From: a virus
Lineage: Duplodnaviria; Heunggongvirae; Uroviricota; Caudoviricetes
Length of the DNA stretch: 26,512 bases
Reading direction: 5' to 3' (one strand)
Virus record (IMG/VR): IMGVR_UViG_2698536335_000001
Location: 1-26,512 of that record
Shown here one piece after another: positions 1-6,850 of this stretch. Position numbers and translations under genes: made by a program. The notes under the pieces are model-generated. The model searched no databases, was not told the origin of the DNA, and saw only the letters and a list, made by a program, of their open reading frames with translations. Numbering within the stretch: position 1 is the stretch's first letter; every line of letters starts with the position of its first letter.

Positions 1-52
1 AGCGGAGCAGGAAGGACATCTGATGGAAATGGAAGCCACGCAAGCACCTTAA
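1..52 (+). CDS. 3-prime end of an unidentified ORF that begins upstream of the window (last 16 codons, ...AEQEGHLMEMEATQAP)
   Basis: Frame open from the window edge to TAA at 50-52; ordinary GC content, unlike the AT-rich block that follows; too short to identify. Confidence 0.2.
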   Translation, partial: AEQEGHLMEMEATQAP

Positions 53-80
53 AATCACCATCATACACTAAATCAGTAAG

Positions 81-110
81 TTGGCAGCATTACCTAGTTT
101 GTGTTATAAT
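81..110 (+). promoter_or_regulatory. sigma70-like promoter: TTGGCA (81-86), 18-bp spacer, TATAAT (105-110) with TGT extended -10
   Basis: Read directly: ttggcagcattacctagtttgtgttataat, 45 bp upstream of the ATG at 155. Confidence 0.5.
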
Positions 111-154
111 ATGCATATCACAATCGAATTAAATTTATAATAAAGAGGCTTGCA

Positions 155-334
155 ATGAATAAAATGGTGAGTAATATTATCATTTCTTTTATTTTATTTG
201 TTACTATAGTGGTGTTATTGTTTTTTATTCTTGAGATAAAAGATTTAATTATCAATTACTATGTCTTTTTATTAATACCTGCATTATGCGTACTGGCTGC
301 ATTCAAGATTATTAAGGAAAGAGTAAATGTTTGA
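155..334 (+). CDS. small hydrophobic membrane peptide, 59 aa (MNKMVSNIIISFILFVTIVVLLFFILEIKDLIINYYVFLLIPALCVLAAFKIIKERVNV); absent from the ORF track
   Basis: ATG at 155 preceded by AAGAGG (143-148); two hydrophobic helices; TGA at 332-334 overlaps the ATG (327) of the next gene. Confidence 0.45.
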   Translation: MNKMVSNIIISFILFVTIVVLLFFILEIKDLIINYYVFLLIPALCVLAAFKIIKERVNV

Positions 335-1409
335 AACATATTTAACGTATAACACAATTCTTTTGTGTGGCGTATTAATATCATCAATCATTTGTTTTAT
401 TAATAGTGGTAAAGGCGTGGTTTACTTGCTATTATTTATGGCCCTTTTTATACCTGCCGCCATTCGGTACGGAGTTGGTTTAGATTTCTTTAATTATGTT
501 GATATTTTTAACAACCCAGAATATTACCAAGGCCAAATAGAAATAGGATTTTATTTAATTGTAAAGATTCTATCAACCACTGGATTTGGGTATCAAGCAT
601 TATTTGTATTATGCTCAGCGTTAACTGTAATCTTCTTTATGCTTTCAATAGAAAGAGATTCAGCATGGGCTTCTGTATTGATTTTCATATGCACTCTTTA
701 CCTGTCATCCTATTGTTTGTTAAGACAAGCTTTAGCGGTTAGTATTCTGATGTATAGTTGTAGACTATGGATTAATGATAAAAAATTAAATTCTATTATC
801 ATTATGCTGATTGCATGCTCAATGCATTACTCTGCCATACTTTTTGCTCCTTTATTGATAGCGTCCAGTGTATTCAGGCTTACTACGCTTCGTACATTAT
901 TTATAATGGGGTTTATTTCTATATTTGTTTTTGCGCTTCATGGTGTTGATTTGATATTTAATAATGAAATGTTTTTAAATTCAAAATATGGCTCATATGT
1001 TTCTTCTGGTTTCAATAAAGAAACTCAAATCGGAACCGGAGTTGGGGTTATAATACAAATATTAATTCCTGTATCCGTTGCTTTAATGGCGAATAGAATT
1101 TTAGAAATCAATAATAGATACAACATTGTGATATTCACAACGACTGCATTTTTTGCATCTTATCTACTTGCGACTCAAGTATATATATTTGGAAGAATGG
1201 CAGATGTTTTCTCTTTTTCTTTGGTTTTTGCTGCGCCTATTCTTCTTAGGTCAGCAAAAAGCAATATATCAAAGATAGTTTTTGTTGGTATGATTTGTCT
1301 TTACGTTCCTGTCATGCAGGCCACAATAGCAAATAATAACTTTAAAGCCAACGAACTTTCTGGTTCTGGGCTTGGGATATCTCCTTATAAAACTGTTTTT
1401 GATAAATAG
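327..1409 (+). CDS. polytopic membrane protein, EpsG/Wzy-like polysaccharide (O-antigen) polymerase candidate
   Basis: 360 aa with about ten hydrophobic segments; RYGVGLDFFNY resembles the EpsG-family R-x-x-G-x-D-x-x-x-Y signature (from memory); AT-rich codon usage; AAGGA RBS at 314-318. Confidence 0.65.
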   Translation: MFETYLTYNTILLCGVLISSIICFINSGKGVVYLLLFMALFIPAAIRYGVGLDFFNYVDIFNNPEYYQGQIEIGFYLIVKILSTTGFGYQALFVLCSALTVIFFMLSIERDSAWASVLIFICTLYLSSYCLLRQALAVSILMYSCRLWINDKKLNSIIIMLIACSMHYSAILFAPLLIASSVFRLTTLRTLFIMGFISIFVFALHGVDLIFNNEMFLNSKYGSYVSSGFNKETQIGTGVGVIIQILIPVSVALMANRILEINNRYNIVIFTTTAFFASYLLATQVYIFGRMADVFSFSLVFAAPILLRSAKSNISKIVFVGMICLYVPVMQATIANNNFKANELSGSGLGISPYKTVFDK

Positions 1410-1410
1410 T

Positions 1411-1455
1411 ATATGATGAAATAAAAATACCCACGGAATTATAGAGTGGGTATTT
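1411..1455. terminator. hairpin terminator shared by the convergent genes 327-1409 (+) and 1461-3725 (-)
   Basis: 10-bp stem aaatacccac (1425-1434) / gtgggtattt (1446-1455), 11-nt loop; T-rich run on the minus-strand side (1411-1424). Confidence 0.55.
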
Positions 1456-1460
1456 CAAAA

Positions 1461-3725
1461 TCAGATCCTCTGAGTACCAGCAAGAATGACATCAAAAGCA
1501 GCGTAGCTTAACGTTGCCGGGTTTATGACTGCCCCTGATGCATCCTTAACTTTTATAATCACTGAAGTACCCCCATCCAAGACGGCCATGTATGAGTGTA
1601 TTGTGTCAACTGTAGGGCTCGCTATTACGTGGGTTTTAGTATACCAGTTCTTCTTTATTGGTATCCTGATGCAAGGGACTGCTGTATCAATAACTGGTGT
1701 TCCAAACACACTACTTCCATATGATGTAGATAACACGCCTGCCGTGAAAGTGAAACTGCACAGATCCATTCCAACAGGATTTACTTGTGAAGAGTTGCTT
1801 CCATAAGCGCTTCCTGCACCGACAGATTTAAAGTTGGTTACAGCTTCAGGGTTTCTAAGTGTTAGAATGTGAGGAACGCTTGTAGTATCCTCTTCTCTTA
1901 GCATTGCTATAGCTGGCACAGCCGAATCATTCATTAATGCCATACCCTGCGCTTCTTCTCCATATACAACGCTCCAAAAATCAACTAATTCCCCAGTGTA
2001 TTTGAACACATATATACCGTTATCGGAAAGGAAGTGGATAAATCCACCGTGCGCAACCATACCTTGAGGATTTCCATCAAATGAAGCGACAGGATACTCA
2101 AAGGAACTAATTAGTTGCTTGGAATTAATATCAATAATTGAGAAAAATTCATTTGGTGAACCAACTTTCCCAGTTGCAAGAACAAGCAAATCATGCTCAT
2201 TATCGATGCTGATGGTTGCTCCCATGCCGTACTGAGTTAAATCCCATGTTTCTGTAATTGATTTTCCATCAGTAGCAAGGATGTAAACTTCAGCATCAAA
2301 TTCTGAACCACCAGAGCTTACATATACTCTACCATCTAATTTACGCCATGCAGCGGAACTTGCATGTTTTAAAGGCAGTGTAACCTGACCATATGAGTTA
2401 TCAACGCTACCGTCTCTTTCATATCTAAACACTTGTCCGTTAACACCACCAATATCATATCCAACTATGAATTTTCCAATGGAGAAATCATACGCTAATC
2501 CTTGTGGTCTTTTTTGAGTACCAGTTGTTGGGACGGAAGTGATAGTAAATTCATAAAATCTTCTAAAAACATCGTTATCACCAAACGCCCCCCCTCTTCC
2601 TGGTGCAAGAATGCTATTTGCTCTTGGGTTGCTGTAATTTCCAGCCATTATAACTTTAGCACCCGAAACAGAAGAAATACCGCTAGTTCCGTCTGGTACA
2701 TATATGACACCCGAGGCAAGCATTGTTGGACCAGAAAGCGTTAATGGAAGTGAATATTTTTTTGATGCTGACAGCGCAGATTCTATAGCGTGAGTATCAT
2801 CATCTATACCATTTCTTTTTGCTCCGAAAAACTCAGGAGCTACATCATTGCACTCTCTCTTCCATCTATTACCACCAGATGTAACTATTGTTACGCCGTC
2901 ATCATCAATAGTTGTTGAATCAGTATTGTCGTAATAAAAGTAACCACCTCCAGTACCAGATCCTAATGTATGCTCTAAAACAAATATTCTTTGCTGTGTA
3001 TTTGTTGGTTCTATATTGCGTAAATTAGAAATGGAAGCACAATTGCCAATAAGTTTTAAGCCATCACTTGCTGCTAGCTGAATCATTACATCGGATGCAG
3101 ATCCAGACTGTGGAAGGACCATAATAGGATTACCATTGTCATCCATCGCTACCACTTTGTTTTTACGATTCTCAGCATCAGGCAAACTTGGTATTGGCTC
3201 AGGCGTTCTAAGAGTACGACCTAGATTTGTATTAGCAAGTTTATCGACATAATTTTTAGTCGCTGCATCCTGAGGGCGCGAAGGATCACGCAGGTTTCTG
3301 ATGTAGTTGTTAATAGCGTCATAATAATTCGCCACAAAAGATGGCTTACGAAGAGCAAGTGAAAACCAACTTCTTACCTGCTGGATCAGCATCGTTAGCT
3401 TATCAAACGCGTCCTCGTGCACCTCAGCAAAAAACTTACCCTGGTTTCTAAGATCTGTTTCCTGAGTAACCGGTAGTTCTCGCAATATGGAAATCTGATA
3501 ACCATTAGCCAGTGCCTTCGACAGAATTACATTGCCACCGTTATACCCTCCCGCACCAGTGACTGTGTAATCAGTATCAAGATCCAGCACAGTGATATTC
3601 TCGTCAAGGTCAATCACCTGCACTACTAAATCAGATTTATTGAAAACCCTAAAGGTATAAGGGAATGATGTCGTAACGCCGTTACCGGTGTATTCGTTGT
3701 GGTTAACTTCGGTTGAGACCGTCAT
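1461..3725 (-). CDS. tailspike / tail fibre protein, 754 aa
   Basis: N-terminal ~150 aa resemble the T7 gp17-type tail-attachment domain (by recall); long Gly/Ser/Thr/Asn-rich C-terminal part typical of beta-helical receptor-binding domains; GGAGA RBS; last gene of the virion operon. Confidence 0.8.
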   Translation of the reverse strand: MTVSTEVNHNEYTGNGVTTSFPYTFRVFNKSDLVVQVIDLDENITVLDLDTDYTVTGAGGYNGGNVILSKALANGYQISILRELPVTQETDLRNQGKFFAEVHEDAFDKLTMLIQQVRSWFSLALRKPSFVANYYDAINNYIRNLRDPSRPQDAATKNYVDKLANTNLGRTLRTPEPIPSLPDAENRKNKVVAMDDNGNPIMVLPQSGSASDVMIQLAASDGLKLIGNCASISNLRNIEPTNTQQRIFVLEHTLGSGTGGGYFYYDNTDSTTIDDDGVTIVTSGGNRWKRECNDVAPEFFGAKRNGIDDDTHAIESALSASKKYSLPLTLSGPTMLASGVIYVPDGTSGISSVSGAKVIMAGNYSNPRANSILAPGRGGAFGDNDVFRRFYEFTITSVPTTGTQKRPQGLAYDFSIGKFIVGYDIGGVNGQVFRYERDGSVDNSYGQVTLPLKHASSAAWRKLDGRVYVSSGGSEFDAEVYILATDGKSITETWDLTQYGMGATISIDNEHDLLVLATGKVGSPNEFFSIIDINSKQLISSFEYPVASFDGNPQGMVAHGGFIHFLSDNGIYVFKYTGELVDFWSVVYGEEAQGMALMNDSAVPAIAMLREEDTTSVPHILTLRNPEAVTNFKSVGAGSAYGSNSSQVNPVGMDLCSFTFTAGVLSTSYGSSVFGTPVIDTAVPCIRIPIKKNWYTKTHVIASPTVDTIHSYMAVLDGGTSVIIKVKDASGAVINPATLSYAAFDVILAGTQRI

Positions 3726-3778
3726 GTTAAATCTCCAGATAGTCGCAGCACCCGTTGCGCCGCATATCCGATTATTCT

Positions 3779-3845
3779 ATTACCTGAAAAACCATATATG
3801 GATAGGTAGACCATGAATACAAACAGATATTACCTTTCAGGTAAT
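3779..3845. promoter_or_regulatory. pair of inverted 11-mers ATTACCTGAAA (3779-3789) and TTTCAGGTAAT (3835-3845); the second is part of the 17-bp palindrome ATTACCTTTCAGGTAAT (3829-3845)
   Basis: Read directly in the intergenic region upstream of the tailspike gene; the same 17-mer recurs at 20444-20460. Confidence 0.35.
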
Positions 3846-3881
3846 TTGCAAAACGTGCTGGATAGCAAACAAATTATTTGA

Positions 3882-3901
3882 TACTGTATAAATATACAGT
3901 T
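3882..3901 (+). promoter_or_regulatory. LexA (SOS) box TACTGTATAAATATACAGTT
   Basis: CTGT (3884-3887), 8-nt AT-rich spacer, ACAG (3896-3899); 18 of 20 positions match the E. coli consensus TACTGTATATATATACAGTA; 20 bp upstream of the ATG at 3921. Confidence 0.7.
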
Positions 3902-3920
3902 ATTGCATGGAGAAGATAAG

Positions 3921-4178
3921 ATGCAGCAGTATCACTATCCACTGGAAGACGGATTTACCGAAAGGATTCACACGCCGGGAGGCGTCAGGTCACTGGTGGA
4001 GGGATCGCACTTGATGAAATTACTCCGGGATCTCGATAAGGATGGATTTAATGTCGATGGCCCACTTGCCGAACTGACTGCACTGATTAACTACGTCACC
4101 AGCTCACAGATGTCTATGCAGGATCTGCAAACACATCTCGACTATTGTGCCAAACAATTACGAAAACAAATCACATAA
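3921..4178 (+). CDS. SOS-regulated hypothetical protein, 85 aa, acidic (MQQYHYPLEDGFTERIHTPGG...)
   Basis: ATG at 3921 with GGAGA RBS (3909-3913); the track start at 3903 is a TTG extension; LexA box immediately upstream; convergent with the virion operon. Confidence 0.6.
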   Translation: MQQYHYPLEDGFTERIHTPGGVRSLVEGSHLMKLLRDLDKDGFNVDGPLAELTALINYVTSSQMSMQDLQTHLDYCAKQLRKQIT

Positions 4179-4200
4179 AGAAAAGGCCGCGAAAGCGGCC
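4171..4200 (-). terminator. rho-independent terminator ending the minus-strand ejection-protein transcript
   Basis: ggccgc-gaaa-gcggcc hairpin (4185-4200) followed on the minus strand by TTTTCTTTAT (4171-4184). Confidence 0.55.
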
Positions 4201-4220
4201 TGTGACATGTCACGCTCACG

Positions 4221-4361
4221 TTATGACAAGCCTATGTACCCTGCTACACCAGATAATATCAAAATAACTGCAACAGCAAATTCGCCATCGTCAATGATAC
4301 ATTTACGGTTCATAACGCCAAGTGCAACAAGCGCAAACACAACAAGAATAAAAGCAATCAT
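4221..4361 (-). CDS. small hydrophobic protein, 46 aa (MIAFILVVFALVALGVMNRKCIIDDGEFAVAVILILSGVAGYIGLS); absent from the ORF track
   Basis: ATG at 4361 preceded by AAGGA, directly after the TAA of the upstream gene; two hydrophobic segments; followed 20 nt later by the terminator at 4171-4200. Confidence 0.35.
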   Translation of the reverse strand: MIAFILVVFALVALGVMNRKCIIDDGEFAVAVILILSGVAGYIGLS

Positions 4362-4370
4362 TTCTCATCC

Positions 4371-6845
4371 TTATTGCGGAGTGACATCCTGTGGTCGCCA
4401 CCAGTATGTCTGGTTAAACTCTTTCTTCGAACGTTGCTCCATTTTATGCAAATAACCTGGTGAAAAATACTCCTGCATCTGGTTAAAGATCATGTGATCG
4501 AGAGCCGCCTTTAAGTACCAGAGATTCGCACCTGGCATCAGACCTTTCCCCAGCTTAACCAGATCACCACCAGTCTGCTCATTCTTCCCTTCCACAGCAT
4601 TTAACGGTATACCCTGAGCAATCTTCACTACGTCATCAACCAGACCAGCTACCGGGCCAAGCATCGACGCCAGCGCGCCGCTTCCGTACCTAGTGTGATC
4701 TGACAATAAAAAGTCACCGTAAAGGCCAAGACCACCACCTTTCAGTAGAGCACCAAGCCAAAATTTAGCAGCATCTTCTCCTGTCATCTCGCGAGGATTA
4801 CGACCAGACGCAAGGTCGTTAAGTTGCTGCGACAAAGCGCCAAGAATGGTCGTACTGGCAATAAACGTCGCAATATATGCCGCACGCCCACCAGCAGACG
4901 GCATACCCATAGCGCGTGACCAGTGACGCATAACAACCGAGATAGGGAACGATTTAAACAGGAAAACACTTCTCGTTAATTCACCTTTCCATGTTCCACG
5001 CTGAATACCAGAACCGGTTATCAGTTGCTCACGTGCTCCCGGTGTAATAACAGCCATATCAATTTCTTCAGTTACGGCACCGAGCAGTTTACGCATTGCC
5101 TCAAATTTCACGCGTTCAGGTTCACCAAGATGTTTAACTGCTGAATCAGGGATACGCATAATGCTTTCCGGTGTCAGCATCGTATTATTACCGTTCCCCC
5201 AGTCCTCCTGTTGCGCCAGCTTCCATACGCTCCAGTCTGTGTCAGTAATCCCTTTGCTTTTCAGGATACGAAAATCAGAGTCATCGAGGCTACGAAGGTC
5301 TGGTGTCCGTGACACTACTTCTCCCAGGCTTCCCATCATGGTTACGCCATAGGCGCGCTTGTGCGCATCTGACCATGCTGTAAGCCCACTGGCACGCATT
5401 ACCGCCGTTGCCGCCCAACGAGACACTGACGGCCCCATATTATCCATCGCCCATCGGTTAACGCTGCCAAGTAGAGATTCCATCGCCAGACCAGCGCGGC
5501 GCGCCCGCGCAAGTTCTGTACGGTTCGTTGGGTCCATAGCTTCAAGCTGGTTGCGGAATAACTGGTTCATTGGAAGGTTGGTAACCTTCGCAGACAGATA
5601 CATGGTTCCAAGATCAGAGAACGATGACAGCAACGCGGATCCGAGTCTGCTGGCAACCAGCCAGTTGCGGATATTGTCAGACCATCGCGCGATGTGCGGA
5701 TTCGCTACAGGCTGTGTCTTTCCGGAAATAAAGTTGTACAGATTCTCTGTGTTGTTCGCCAGCCGCTCGACTTTACCGGTTTTACTCGGGTTAGCTGTTG
5801 CCGTTTCTGCCTTCACCTGATCAAGAAGAGAGCGGAAAACATGATCGGGGTTTGGGCCATATGTTTCCACCAGTGCAATATCTTTACTGATACCTTCCAG
5901 GTGACCGACCATGATTTCCCATAGAGAGCGATCGCCATAAAGTTGCTGATATTGCAGATAGGAATCTGCATCTTTGAAATGTATCTGTCGTGATGCATTA
6001 CCACGGTTAGCACGTGCGCCGGAAATTCGCATTCCGGTATCAGTAAGCTTATTCAGCCCACCAGTAGCGATCGTGTTATAAGCCTCTCCAAGAAATGCAG
6101 ACAACTCAGCATCGTTCATCAGTTGTCCATCGGCTCGGGTATAATATTTGCGATCCAGCTTACCTATAACATCGCTAACCCACTTATCCTTTGATACCGC
6201 CCCAACCTTTTCCATAGAATGATGTTGAGGGATCCCCCAGTTTTCGAGATAGCCAATGTCCCCACCAGCATCATTAAACCGGCGGCGCAGTAGCTCTGTC
6301 ACTTCTCTCCACGCCTTAGCACCTTTTCTTGCTTTAGCATTGCCCGTATTTTGCCCTCGCATTTCATATACCAGGTCACGCACGCCAGCTTCATCTTCAA
6401 ACAGGCCAAAAAAGCGAGGATCAACTGCTTCAAATGCCTCCTGCAATTGACTCAATGCATAATCACGAGTGGCTTTTGTTCTGGACTCAACAGAGAGGAA
6501 ATTCGATTTACCGTCTGCATTAAAAGCAATAGTACGGTTAAGAGCGCCAAGTTTCCCATCAGCCCCTTGATAGCTATTGATAAATTTATCCAATCTCTGA
6601 CGTGCGGCTATAGTGAGGGCCACACGACGTTTCTTTAATGCCGCTTCTCGCTGTAATTCTTCAGATGCCAATTGTGCTGCACGATATAGCCGCTCTGATT
6701 CGGAAAGTTGTCTCCACGACATCGGGTCATCACGAGCAATGGAGCGCATATTTCGATAAATGCGGTCTTCAATGTTCTGTATTTCTCGCGCCGTTAACGT
6801 GCGCTGCGCCGCCTGCTGGACCGCTTGTATACATTCCTGTCTCAT
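4371..6845 (-). CDS. internal virion / ejection protein (T7 gp16-position), 824 aa
   Basis: Large protein in the position between tail tubular genes and tail fibre, as in T7-like gene order; RBS present. Confidence 0.75.
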   Translation of the reverse strand: MRQECIQAVQQAAQRTLTAREIQNIEDRIYRNMRSIARDDPMSWRQLSESERLYRAAQLASEELQREAALKKRRVALTIAARQRLDKFINSYQGADGKLGALNRTIAFNADGKSNFLSVESRTKATRDYALSQLQEAFEAVDPRFFGLFEDEAGVRDLVYEMRGQNTGNAKARKGAKAWREVTELLRRRFNDAGGDIGYLENWGIPQHHSMEKVGAVSKDKWVSDVIGKLDRKYYTRADGQLMNDAELSAFLGEAYNTIATGGLNKLTDTGMRISGARANRGNASRQIHFKDADSYLQYQQLYGDRSLWEIMVGHLEGISKDIALVETYGPNPDHVFRSLLDQVKAETATANPSKTGKVERLANNTENLYNFISGKTQPVANPHIARWSDNIRNWLVASRLGSALLSSFSDLGTMYLSAKVTNLPMNQLFRNQLEAMDPTNRTELARARRAGLAMESLLGSVNRWAMDNMGPSVSRWAATAVMRASGLTAWSDAHKRAYGVTMMGSLGEVVSRTPDLRSLDDSDFRILKSKGITDTDWSVWKLAQQEDWGNGNNTMLTPESIMRIPDSAVKHLGEPERVKFEAMRKLLGAVTEEIDMAVITPGAREQLITGSGIQRGTWKGELTRSVFLFKSFPISVVMRHWSRAMGMPSAGGRAAYIATFIASTTILGALSQQLNDLASGRNPREMTGEDAAKFWLGALLKGGGLGLYGDFLLSDHTRYGSGALASMLGPVAGLVDDVVKIAQGIPLNAVEGKNEQTGGDLVKLGKGLMPGANLWYLKAALDHMIFNQMQEYFSPGYLHKMEQRSKKEFNQTYWWRPQDVTPQ

Positions 6846-6850
6846 TTAAT

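Noticed and set aside
88-94. ATTACCT 7-mer inside the spacer of the promoter at 81-110
   Set aside because: A lone 7-mer is expected by chance a few times in this window; only the 11-mer and 17-mer copies are treated as signal
4202-4213. Perfect 12-bp palindrome GTGACATGTCAC, superficially CRP-like
   Set aside because: Half-site spacing does not fit CRP (TGTGA-N6-TCACA), and several 12-bp palindromes are expected by chance in 26 kb
4147-4455. 102-aa plus-strand ORF
   Set aside because: Begins inside gene 3921-4178, runs through the terminator hairpin and is antisense to the 46-aa ORF and the end of the 824-aa gene
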